Source: Octopus sinensis
Taxonomy: Eukaryota
Assembly (NCBI RefSeq): GCF_006345805.1
Contig: NC_043026.1
Span: 6,944,001-7,008,000, forward strand
Direction of reading: 5' to 3'
Length of the DNA stretch: 64,000 nt
How positions within the stretch are numbered: position 1 is the stretch's first letter; each line of letters starts with the position of its first letter. Below the pieces are notes generated by a model, which was not told the origin of the DNA, did no database searches, and saw nothing but the letters and a program-made list of their open reading frames with translations. Made by a program: the position numbers and the translations under genes. Below are positions 52,826 through 64,000 of this stretch, one piece after another.

Positions 52826-53066
52826 TATGAGACGCTTGGTTCAGAGCACCACGACGCGTAATGTTGGAGATCAAATGTTTGATGAAGCCACACAGAAGAA
52901 AGACAGGTGGACATGGTTAGCCATGGTGAGAATGTCCATGGAAAAGCTTAATAACATCTGGAACGGCAAAAGGTGTCCCAACTCATTGAGAAACAAGGCT
53001 GGCGCAAGCACTTGTTTGGCCTGAAAGCTTTTATGGTTGGACTTTGAACAGATTTGAAGAGAACAT
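52826..53066 (+). mobile_element. RTE-clade LINE internal fragment
   Basis: AMVRMSMEKLNNIWNGKRCPNSLRNK resembles the RTE RT-thumb region (A...M..L..IW). Confidence 0.55.
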
Positions 53067-53069
53067 TAA

Positions 53070-53535
53070 CCCTTTAGCATTTGGGAGGGGACCAGTCGAT
53101 TGGATTGACCCCAGTACTTAATTTATTGAGCCTGAAAGGATGAAAGGTAAAGTCAGCCTTGGCAGAACATAATGGGAGAGACAACACACTAGTTAGGCTT
53201 TCTGTTGGAAGCATGAGGGGAAAAACAAACACCTTGTAGTGGATATTGGATGCCTGGGGGCAAAAATGGGTTGGACAGTCAAGGATGGAAAGTCTTTGAT
53301 CCATGAGCCTGCTTCATCTGGACTGACCTGGGCCATATGCGGCCCAAATATTCCACCAGTTTTATGTTAAAACTGTCTGGATCCAACCTTTCACACCAAC
53401 CCTACAATGTCATTTTAAAAAGATATAGCCACACCATTTAAATTTTTGAAGTCACAAAATAATCTGTGATTAATTCAAAACAGTAGGAATTAAATAAGCA
53501 ATAAATTTCACAAAGAAGTCTGAATGCTTAAAGGG
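53070..53535 (+). mobile_element. piggyBac-type MITE (second family) with nested repeat fragments
   Basis: TTAA|CCCTTTAGCATT ... GCTTAAAGGG|TTAA. It interrupts an RTE fragment and contains a family B SINE fragment. Confidence 0.65.
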
Positions 53536-53736
53536 TTAAGCAATGTGTTTGAGGTGTGAGTGCATAGGAGGATGTTGTGTGTCAGCAGGGCCATCCGACA
53601 AATGGACAAGTGTTACGACAAGAAGGGGAAAGGCGAGAACAGCTGAACAATGCAGATAAACAAAAACTCATCTGTTTTGGTCATAATTGAAGGAGGTGAG
53701 TTCAGAATAATAATAATAACAACAATAATAATAATA

Positions 53737-54140
53737 GGCGCAGGAGTGGCTGTGTGGTAAGTAGCTTGCTAACCAACCACATGCTTCCGGGTTCAGTCCC
53801 ACTGCGTGGCATCTTGGGCAAGTGTCTTCTGCTATAGCCTCGGGCCGACCAATGCCTTGTGAGTGGATTTGGTAGACGGAAACTGAAAGAAGCCCGTCCT
53901 ATATATGTATATATATATGTGTGTGTGTATGTATATGTATGTGTATGTGTTTGCCCCCCTAGCATTGCTTGACAATCGATGTTGGTGTGTTTACGTCCCC
54001 GTCACTTAGCGGTTCGGCAAAAGAGACCGATAGAATAAGTACTGGGCTTACAAAGAATAAGTCCCGGGGTCGAGTTGCTCGACTAAAGGCAGTGCTCCAG
54101 CATGGCCGCAGTCAAATGACTGAAACAAGTAAAAGAGTAA
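53737..54140 (+). mobile_element. tRNA-derived SINE family A, full-length young copy
   Basis: Head ggcgcaggagtggctgtgtggtaagtagc with A box TGGCTGTGTGG and B box GGTTCAGTCC, central (TA/TG) microsatellite, tail gaaacaagtaaaagagtaa. Confidence 0.9.
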
Positions 54141-54478
54141 ACAAAAACTCATCTGTTTTGGTCATACTTGAAGGAGGTGAGTTCTGAATAATAATAATAA
54201 TAATAATAATAGCAAGAGTATTCAGAGAGTGCAAACCTCCGCCAAGGAAATGCAAACGTCCTCTCAACGATTAGCCGGAGATGATTTTTAAAATGAGAAT
54301 ATCTGAAATAAACTCGACTGCACTTGCAAACGAATGGAAGGAAGGATAGGTGGTGGTGCTGAGAGGGGGGACTGCTAGTGCTGGCGGTGGTGATTGTGGG
54401 TGCTGGCGGTGAGTATTGGTGTCACTATGGCCCCAGCGTAGTAAGATGCGGGGAGGGGGGGCTTTCACACAATATATC

Positions 54479-54710
54479 TATTTCTTTATTGCCCACAAGG
54501 GGCTAAACACAGAAGGGACAAACAATGACAGACATAGGTATTAAGTCGATTACATCGACCCCAGTATGCAACTGGTACTTAATTTATCGACCCCGAAAGG
54601 ATGAAAGGCAAAGTCGACCTCGGCGGAATTTGAACCCAGAACGTAACGGCAGATGAAATACCGCTAAGCATTTCGCCCAACGTGCTAACGATTCTGCTAG
54701 CTCGCCACCT
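54479..54710 (-). mobile_element. SINE family B, 17-bp TSD
   Basis: TSD ctttcacacaatatatc. Confidence 0.9.
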
Positions 54711-56951
54711 TTCACACAATATATCAAGTACTCTGTAATGTAAGCTGTGTGGTCAAAGGAAGGGGTCAAGAGAGAAAAGAATGAAAGCAGGAAGATCAGA
54801 AAGGTGCGATTAAGGAAGGGTATAACAATGAGGGAACTCAATATGCTCAAAAACTGGGTCACACACAGTTTGGTCAGGTGATCAAGGAAGGGAAATAGGG
54901 AAAAGGGGTAATGACATCAGCAAGGCCAAGACAGGTGGGGGGGTGTCATCATCATCATCATCATCATCGTTTAACATCCGTTTTCCATGCTGGCATGGGT
55001 TGGATGGGTCGACTAGGTTCTGGGAAGCCAGGAGGCTGCACCAGGCTCCAATCTGATCTGGCAAGGTTTCTACAGTTGGATGCCCTTCCTAACGCAAACC
55101 ACTCGTAGTGGGTGCTTTTATGTGCCACCGGCACAGGGGCCAGAAGAGCTGGTATCAAACATAATTGGATGGAGCTTCTTACGTGCTATCGGCACAGGGG
55201 GGGGGTCACAACTACAATTTCTATTTGATTTGATTGTGATATTGAGGTTGGTGTGTGAGTATATATATGTATGTATACACATACAATCAAAATATACACA
55301 AATTTATGTATACATACACACATATACACAGAAACATACATACACAAACATGCATATATATATATACATACATAGAAACACATACACATGAATGTGTATA
55401 CACACACACCTGAAACAGTCACACAGCTTGCTTTTCAACCACATAGTTCCAGGTTCAGTGTTGGTTTGTTTACATCCCTGTAACTTAGTTCAGCAAAGCA
55501 AGACCAACAGAAAGAGTGCCAGGCTTTAAAGGAAAAACAAAAAAATAAAGACTGGAATTGATTCGTTTGACTAAAAAATTCTTCAAGGCATTGCTCCAGT
55601 ATGGCCACAGTCCAATGACTGAAACAAATTAAAGATAACAGATAAAGCGATGCCAGTTTTGGAAACCTGAAGAAACCAGATATCTTGTTACAGACTGAAG
55701 AACCAAGTCCAAAATTAAACCAAAATCCAGAACGGTTCTGAAGCTGTTTTTCTCGAAGAATTCTTTTTGGTCGGCAACAGATAATAACTATTTTTATGAA
55801 AGAAAACTGCGCAATGTTTATAAAGTGGTGGTCTGTGATGGAAGGGAGGTTTTGCGTATAATGGACAATGGTTTATTAACGCTGGAGGGGCATGGATGGG
55901 TGGGTGTGATGGGGTGTCTTCAGATAATTTATAGACTATCTTTGAACATAAGTTACTGTTTCTTGTCTATACCAAAGACGGACAGACAGACTCCCTCTAT
56001 GTGTATACACACAAATATATAGATACACACATCTACAGACATCTACACACACACACATACAGACACATATACAGACACATCTACACACACACACACATAC
56101 AGACATCTACACACACACATACAGACATCTACACACACAAAGACATCTACACACACACATACATAAAGACATCTACACACACACATACATAAAGACATCT
56201 ACACACACACATACATAAAGACATCTACACACACACATACATAAAGACATCTACACACACACACACACATACAGAGGCATCTACACACATGTATACAGAC
56301 AAGAAGTTTGTATCATAAAAGCAGGAGTGGTGGTCCAAAGTAGATTGGTTTCTAAGGAGTTGACCCCAGTTTAGTCCTGGCAAATAAAGTTCAACCCTTT
56401 TGCAACCATATTTCTGTTAAAATCCATGGCCTTCATTTCAACTAATTTGGAAAATTAAGAATTTAGTGAATTAATTTCATCGTTATTAAGTTGGTGTTTG
56501 GCATAAACTGACGAGATTTTTTATAGGTTTAAATCTAGATCAGGAAGTTTAGAACCAGGAGTGGTGGTCTCAGGTGGGTTGGTACCACAAGGGTTAAGTA
56601 GAACTATTTCATGTTGTAACCATGGCAACAGTACATTTTGTGTACAGTCACTTTGCCAAAAAGGAGGAAGGGTCAAGGAAAGGGGTTTGGTTTTAGAATC
56701 AGATGGGTTTCTATTTTTTTTGTGTGCTCGACATCATAAATGAAAAGGGTGAATATTTCTAAGACTCCAATATATTTAAGGGGTTGATACGTAACATAGA
56801 ATGGGGACAAATATGGACAAGGACACACACACAGTCATCAGCTAATGTCCAGGTTCTACGTTGGGATATGTACGTGTATGTGCATGGAAGTGTGTACATG
56901 TATGAGTACATGTGTGTGTATATGTGTGTGTATATGTATGTGTACATGTGT

Positions 56952-56989
<38 letters not shown>

Positions 56990-57080
56990 TCATATATGTG
57001 TATGCAGAGCTATTTATTTAATACGTAGCATTAGGTAGAGAGAAAGAGCAAAGTTCTGAATCCAGATGAAAACCAGTGTG

Positions 57081-57121
<41 letters not shown>

Positions 57122-57843
57122 TTATATATATATAAATATATTCACATACATAAATACATAAACACACACACACACAGAGGAATATATACATACACAAACA
57201 TAACTATGGATATATATGTGTGTGTGTATACATATATATATAGAGAGAGATGGGGGAGGGATATATATATATATATATAGAGAGAGCTATACATGTATGT
57301 GTGTGTGTGTGTATAAATATGTAATATATAAAACAATAGACATGCACAGCTGTGTGTGTGTGTAACCATACACATAGCTAGCTTTCTCTCTCTCTCACTA
57401 CACACACACACACAAAACAGGCCACATACCTATCTGGTTATCTAACACACACACATGATGCCAACAGCTAAGTTTTGAACAAGATGAATGTGTGTGTGTG
57501 TGTGTTTGACGTCACATCACCCAAAGTTGAATAACATTGCAAACGAGAGAATTGCTGCTCTCATTCAGTTTGGCAACTGCCCACAAACTCTCTCACACAC
57601 ACAATCTATGTGTAATAACCTCAGAAACCCACATAGATATGAATCTGGTTGGTGCCATCTGTATCACATCTCAACGAGATGAGATTTTCGTGTAGTGTAC
57701 GACCCAGTCAGATGGCACAAATCTAATAATTGTGCATTCAACCAAATGAAATTTAATAGCTATACTCCACCTCTTGTACTGAGTACTTCTCCCTTTTAGC
57801 TATCACCAAAACACACACACACAATGCTTGTTTTTATGTCAAG

Positions 57844-57895
<52 letters not shown>

Positions 57896-57899
57896 TTTT

Positions 57900-58110
57900 G
57901 TATGTATGTATAAGAATATTTTGCGTAATGAGATAAAAAACCAAGGCTGTATAGATATTAGAGCATTTCTAGATAGGTCTTACAGCTGTTTCTAGGATAT
58001 TTATTAATTATATCCCTTCATCAGAGACGGTGTGAGAGGAAAAGTCATAGTTAGTTTAGATGTGATACAAATAGAGAGTGAGGTGGAGGAAAGAAAATAG
58101 ATGTAAGATA
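57900..58110 (-). mobile_element. Probable Penelope-like element terminal-repeat fragment carrying the hammerhead
   Basis: AT-rich non-coding block between microsatellites that contains the hammerhead. Such motifs are characteristic of Penelope-like element (PLE) pseudo-LTRs. The family assignment is inferred from the ribozyme only. Confidence 0.45.
57977..58028 (-). ncRNA. Minimal type-I hammerhead ribozyme motif (Penelope-like element type)
   Basis: Minus strand: GTCT-CTGATGA-a-GGGATAT-aattaataa-ATATCCT-a-GAAA-C-AGCT-G-TA-AGAC. Complete catalytic core (CUGAUGA, GAAA, UH), 4-bp helix I, 7-bp helix II, palindromic helix III (ACAGCUGU). Position 10.1/11.1 is a non-canonical A.A. Confidence 0.72.
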
Positions 58111-58117
58111 TGTATGG

Positions 58118-58155
<38 letters not shown>

Positions 58156-60279
58156 TCTTTTATTCATTCCAGCCATTTGACTGTAGCCATGCTGGAGCAC
58201 TGCCTTTAGTCAAACAAATCAACCCCAGGACTTATTCTATCAATACTTATTCTATCAGAGTTATTTGCCAAACTGCTAAGTTACAGGGATGTAAACACAC
58301 CAACATTGGTTGTCAAGTAAAAGAATAAAGGAATGTGTGTGTGTATGTAAGTGAATGTGTGTGAGTGTATGAGTGTGAGTGTATGTGTGTGTGTATGAGT
58401 GTATGTGTGAGTGTAAGTGTGTGAGTCTATGATAGATAGATAGATAGATGTGTCACCAGTGTTGCCTTACTGGCACTTGTGCCGGTGGCACGTGAACAAA
58501 ACATCTGAGTGTGGTCATTGCCAGTGCCGCTGGATTGGCTCCTGTGCAGGTGGCACATAAAAAAACACCAGTTGGGCGTGGCTCCTGCCAGTACCGCCTG
58601 ACTGGCCCTCGTGCCGGTGACACGTAAAAGCACCCACTACACTCTTGGAGAAGTTGGCATTAGGAAGGGCATCCAGCTGTAGAAACTCTACCAGATCAGA
58701 TTGGAGTCTGGTGCAGCCATCTGGTTCGCCAGCCCTCAGTCAAATCGTCCAACCCATGCTAGCATGGAAAGTGGACGTTAAACGATGATGATGATGATGA
58801 CGACACAGAGAGGAACGTGAACAGATGAATGGAAATCTCCCGGCACTGGATTTGAACTCAGAACAGAAAGGTCCATAATTAAATACCACAAGTTATTTTG
58901 CTTAACGCTGCAATGATCCTGGCAACGGGATAACTCAGCGCTAATGAAGATAACAGAAAGAATTTTAAGAAACCTGATTCGTTGAAGTTTAATTAAATAA
59001 TTAACTAACAAATATTTACTTATGAACTGATGGAGAAGACACACGGACACATATATATTATGCATGCATGCACATATGTGCGTATACACACATCCACATC
59101 CACACACACACACACGTCCATGCGAACACACACCCATCCACGCACACACACACACACATCCATGCACACACACACACATCCACGCGAACACACACACACA
59201 CACGTGCACACATGTCCATGCACACACACACACACATCCACGCACACACACATCCACACACACACACACACATCCATGCACACACACACATCCACACACA
59301 CACATCCACGCACACACATCCATGCACACACACACACACATCCATGTGCGCACACACACATCCACGCACACACACACGAGAAACCTTCAATATTTATGTT
59401 ATTTACCCAACTAGTTTGTAAACTTAACCTATTTACGCTGCTGTGTGTGTGTGGGAGTGTGTGTAGTGTGTGGGTGTGTGTGTATGCATATATTAGTGTG
59501 TGTGTGGGTACCTGCGTGCATGTGCGTAAGCGTGGAGGGAGTGAGGCAAAGTGAAAGAGAGGAAAAGGGCCTCCACTCCCGTTTCCTGAAATTCTAAGCA
59601 TTCTTTACAAACTCCAGTGTGTTAATATCATTCAGTTTGATTCAGTGCAGAGAACAAAAAGCAAAAAACACATAAAAGGCCAAGTACCACTCCCCTGTAT
59701 TCAAATTCCATCTAATTTTATCTTCTATCTTTTGTTTCAGTTCGGTTGTGGCCATGCTGGGGCACCACCTTTAAGAGTTTTAGTCAAAGAAATCAACACT
59801 GGTACTGGTTTTTTTCGCCCCTTTTGTTTCAGTGATTTGACAGCAGCCATGCTGGAGCACCGCCTTCAAGTGAACAAATCAACCTCGAGATTTATTCCTC
59901 GTTGACCCTAGGCCTTATTCCATCAGTCTCTTTTGCCGAACCAGTTATGGGGATGTAAACACAACATCGGTTGTCAAGCAGATGGATGGGCTTCTTTCAG
60001 TTTCCATCACCCAAATCCACTCCCAAGGCTTTGGTCGGGTTGAGGCTATAATAGTAGACACTTGCCCAAGGTGCCACGCAGTAGGATTGAACCAGGAACC
60101 ATGTGGTTGGTAAGCAAGCTACCTACCACACAGCAACTCTTGCACCTATATATATATATAAATCCTTAAATCGTTTTAGCCCAAAGGCCGCGGCCATGCC
60201 GGGGCACATTTTCCTGGGGCTATAAACGTCAGTAGTACTGTCCTGTAAAGGACGCCACACTTAGTTGACAAGTATATGT

Positions 60280-60715
60280 TAGTTAGTTAGTTAGTTAATT
60301 TGGCTCAAAAGCAAATAGCAAGGCCATGTAGGGGGACATGGAGTTAAGTACAGGGTGGTGTTCATGTAAAGAGTTCAGGCCACTTGTGGTCAAGGGAGAC
60401 TTTGAACAAAGCGGTCGTCGGCATCTTCACCATCTCGTCTGGCAGCTTGTTACACGGATCCGCAACCCGGACGGAGAAAGCTCCTCTCCTTCGATTGAGA
60501 CGAAATCGTCGCAGATAGAGCTTTTCGGAATGACCCCACAGCCGACGTTCTGGAGCAGGAGTGAAGAACAGCTCTTTCGAGAGGTTACACTTTCCGCTTA
60601 TGATGTTGTGAGCGAGAATGAGATCACCACGGCGGCAGCGTTTTTCTAGAGAATAAAGGTCGACCGTCCTCAGCCTTTCTTCATAGGACAAATTTTTGAA
60701 ACCATGAACCATGCA
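60280..60715 (-). mobile_element. CR1-clade LINE 3' end (same family as 44905)
   Basis: VHGFKNLSYEERLRTVDLYSLEKRCRRGDLILAHNIISG...RGAFSVRVADPCNKLP carries the classic CR1 ORF2 end (SYEERL, RRGDLI). (TAAC)n tail. Confidence 0.9.
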
Positions 60716-60894
60716 GGTAGCCAGCTTCTGGACTCTATATGTTATGATTCTGTATTGCGACTGTTTATATCTCGATCAGAGATATAGATAGATACATAAA
60801 TACATACATATGATGGGCTTTTTACAGTTTCCGTCTACTAATTCCATTCACAAGGCTTTGGTTGACCTGAGGCAAAAGTAGATATTTTCCCACG

Positions 60895-60930
<36 letters not shown>

Positions 60931-61173
60931 CATACACGTGTGTCTTGGGGCCTACGTTTGTTCCACACTAGTGTTTAACAGCCATTGTTGCCGTGGTTAA
61001 TTCCTCGTAACTTAGCACTTCGGCAAAAAGACACTGATAGAATAAATATCAGGCCTTAAAAACAATAAGCCCTGGGGTTGATTTGTTTGACTAAAATTCT
61101 TCAAGGTGGTGCCCCAGGATGGCCACAGTCTAATGACTGAAAAAAGTAAGAGAATAAAAGTGAAAACCATCCA

Positions 61174-61506
61174 ACAAATACATTAAATTTGAAAAAAAAA
61201 GAATTTAAGGTGTGAGGCCCACAGAAAAACTCAATGGTTTGCACGTGGGCTGCAACCCACCTGTCACCAATACCTGTTCTAATTGCTCACCTTCTCAACA
61301 GACTAAATTTACCTGAAACCACAACACTACTGACCGAGGAAGATCTCCCTCTGTTTGTTCATGCTATTCAGTTCAATATATACTGAATTAGCCAGGGATT
61401 GGCTACAAGAGGTGTCGCAGCCCGCAAATGTACCACGGAGGCGTTTGTTCTCCGCAAGCCTCAAACCTTTTAAAATGATTTTTTTTTGTAAATTTAATGT
61501 ATTTGT
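61174..61506. mobile_element. MITE-like element with ~45-50-bp imperfect inverted repeats
   Basis: acaaatacattaaattt...aaggtgtgaggc (61174-61218) is the reverse complement of gcctcaaacctt...aaatttaatgtatttgt (61458-61506). Confidence 0.55.
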
Positions 61507-63335
61507 GGGGTGTTGGGTGGCAGCCGAGTGAATTTTAGATAATGTTTTCTGTCGGGACTAAATTAATTTTTGCACAGGTATGTCTATGTCATATACATGC
61601 AGGAGGTTATAGCCCCAGCTACTTAGTAACAGCTTGTTGAGCACTTAAATGAAATAAGATTATTTTGTGATGCTCATGTATATCTAGTTTCATCCTTGCC
61701 TCTGTGTGTGTGTGTGTGCATATCTATACTCTTACTTGTTTTGGTCATTTGACTGTGGCCATGCTGGAGCACCACATTGAAGGGTTTTTTTTTGTAGTCA
61801 AAGAAATCAACCTCAGGACTTATTCTTTGTAAGCCTAGTACTTATTGTATCGGTCTCTTTTGCTGGACCGCTAAGTTACGGGGGACGTAAACAAACCAGC
61901 ATTGGATGTCAAGCGATGGCAGAGGAACAAACAGAGACACACAAACATATACATCAATATATATGGAAAACAGATGTTAAACGAAGATGATGACGGGCTT
62001 CTTTCAGTTTCCATCTACCAAATTCACTCACAAGGCTTTGGTCAGCCTGAGGCTTTAGTAAAAGACACTTGCCCAAGGTGCCACGCAGTGGGACTGAACC
62101 TGGAACCACGTGGTTGGGAAGCAAGCTTCTTACTACAGTCTTGTCTGTGCATATATATATATATATAATGATACACAAAGTCAGGGTAGTCACAGCTGGA
62201 ATGTCTTGATCCTGTGTGGACCTGATGTGGTCTGACTAAGGGTTAAAGAACATCAACCACAAAGAACCCTTACATTCACTTTCCTCTGTCGCCCCTCCCG
62301 TCATCACTCCAGCTGGTCTCATCCCTTTCACCTTTCTCTTCTCTCTCTCTCTCTCCTTCCACCCCTGACATACACCACACCCTTATACTGCCTGCCCCCC
62401 CCCCTACCCCATTTGGTTTTTCTCTTTCTTTCCTAAGGTAATAAATAATATATTGCTATATTGAGACAGGGTGGGTGGGTCTGATATCGGACAGATGGAC
62501 GGACGGACAGGGACACACCATGGAGAGAAAGAGGGGAGAAAGAGAGAGAGAGACAGACAGATGAACACACACACACACAGACGGATAGATGGATGGTCAG
62601 ACGGACAGAGAGATGCCAGAGAGAGAGGTGAGGAGAGAGAAAGAGAGAAGGGTGGACAGACAAACAGACAGGGATATGCCCTCCACACACACACACACAC
62701 ACGGATGGACTGACAGACAGGGACATGCAATAGACACACAGACAGACACAGATGGATGGACAAACTAACACATATATGCTACAGAGAGAGAGAGAGAGAC
62801 AGACAGATGGATGGACAGACGGACAGACAGGGACATGCTACACACACACAACACAGACAGAAGGGTGGCTGGGTGGACAACACACACAGAAGGGTGGCTG
62901 GGTAGACGGACAGACAGACAATGTCTGCACGGCTGCAATGCAAACAAGGAACCTGATAAATCAATTATATTTGACATCACCACCACCACCACCACCACCA
63001 CCACCACAACTAACCCTCATCACCATCACCACCATCACCACCACCCTCAACAAGCACGGCTACAACCATCACCATCACAAACACCCCCACCTCCTTCTCC
63101 TCCACCCTTGCCATGCTGAAGCAGAGAAGCAAAGCAACAACTGCGGATGTCGATGACCATTAACCTACCCCCTACTCCCCACCCCACCAGCATCCCTCCT
63201 GAAATTACATCACCAACACCCTCAGCACCTGCAGCAACAGGAAGTAATTGTTGAAAGTGAGCTGAGAAAACCAATACTGTAATGACAACAACAACAACAA
63301 CAACAACAACACTGAGCTGAGGTAGATCTCTATTA

Positions 63336-64000
63336 GGTAGAAATAGCAGCCAAATCCTCCTCAGATCACACCCTACTGTCTTATCTATGTATATATGTAT
63401 GTATGAGCCAATGAGGGAAACCTCTACATGGTAGCTAGATCTGGTAGAAATAGCAGCCAAATCTCCCTCAAATCACACCCTACTGTCTTATCTATGTATA
63501 TATGTATGTATGAGCCAATGAGCGAGACCTCTACATGGTAGCTAGATCTGGTAGAAATAGCAGCCAAATCTCCCTCAAATTACACCTTACTCTCTATTCT
63601 ATGTATATATGTATGTATGAGCCAATGAAGGAGACCTCTACATGGTAACTAGATCTGGTAGAAATAGCAGCCAAATCTCCCTCAAATTACACCCTGCCAC
63701 TGGACTGGCTCCTGTGCAGGTGGCACATAAAAAGCACCATTTGGGGATGGCCGTTGCCAGTACTGCCTGACTGACCCTCGTACCAGTGGCATGTAAAAGC
63801 ACCCACTACAATCTCAGGGTGGGTTGTGTTAGGAAGGGCATCCAGCTGGGTGCAGCCATCTGGTTCACCAGACCTCAGTCAAATTGTCCAACCCATGCTA
63901 GCATGGAAAGCGGACGTTAAAGTGATGATGATGATGTCTTATGTATGTATATATGTATGTATGAGCCAATGAGGGAGACCACTACATGGTAACTAGATCT
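63336..64000. repeat. 107-bp tandem array of dispersed repeat family F, interrupted by a family C insertion
   Basis: ggtagaaatagcagccaaatc recurs at 63336, 63443, 63550 and 63657. An inverted array lies at 30785-31030. Confidence 0.9.

Larger units (their letters stand above)
51590..59380. repeat. CA-microsatellite-derived compound minisatellites (51590-51830, 56030-56290, 59090-59380)
   Basis: Motifs cagctgtacctata, gacatcta and catccatg are interleaved with (CA)n. Confidence 0.8.
15249..62150. mobile_element. Further dispersed SINE family A copies or fragments, both orientations (summary entry)
   Basis: Approx. 15249-15550, 19975-20312(-), 27478-27779(-), 34405-34690(+), 40700-40900(-), 45673-45808(-), 46919-47300(+), 48830-48975(-), 50300-50724, 51300-51430(-), 52350-52510(+), 58155-58320(-), 59730-60150(-), 60820-61160, 61725-62150(-). 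Confidence 0.8.

Overview
Eukaryotic, very repeat-rich genomic DNA. The SINE families, (CA)/(TA)/(ACC) microsatellite load and MITE types point to an octopod cephalopod (Octopus sp.; inferred, not database-checked). The only protein-coding sequence I can support is one minus-strand exon (10458-10706) carrying the start codon and first 47 codons of talin (FERM F0 subdomain). It has a proper 3' splice site upstream, so non-coding leader exon(s) must lie at higher coordinates, and much of 10.7-64 kb may be a long 5' intron region. The next talin coding exon is not visible in 1-10457. The rest is tRNA-derived SINEs, an RTE-tail SINE, RTE and CR1 LINE fragments, mariner remnants, piggyBac-type MITEs, non-autonomous Helitrons, minisatellites and a 1.25-kb tandem duplication. 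Essentially all long ORFs in the supplied track are microsatellite artefacts. Best leads: (1) a minimal type-I hammerhead ribozyme with a palindromic helix III (Penelope-type) at 57977-58028 in the talin-sense orientation, plus a degenerate second one at 35048-35105; (2) a recursive-splice-like AG|GTGAGT site with a 68-nt cryptic exon at 49904-49971; (3) a 26-nt AG|GT microexon at 25003-25028 whose ATG would open an out-of-frame ORF overlapping the talin start, with its donor fused to a 28-bp minisatellite; (4) a SINE with a ~75-80-bp flanking duplication and several fold-back SINE pairs that are candidate ADAR substrates. All splice and ribozyme calls are sequence-only predictions. Repeat boundaries are approximate (+/- 10-20 bp).
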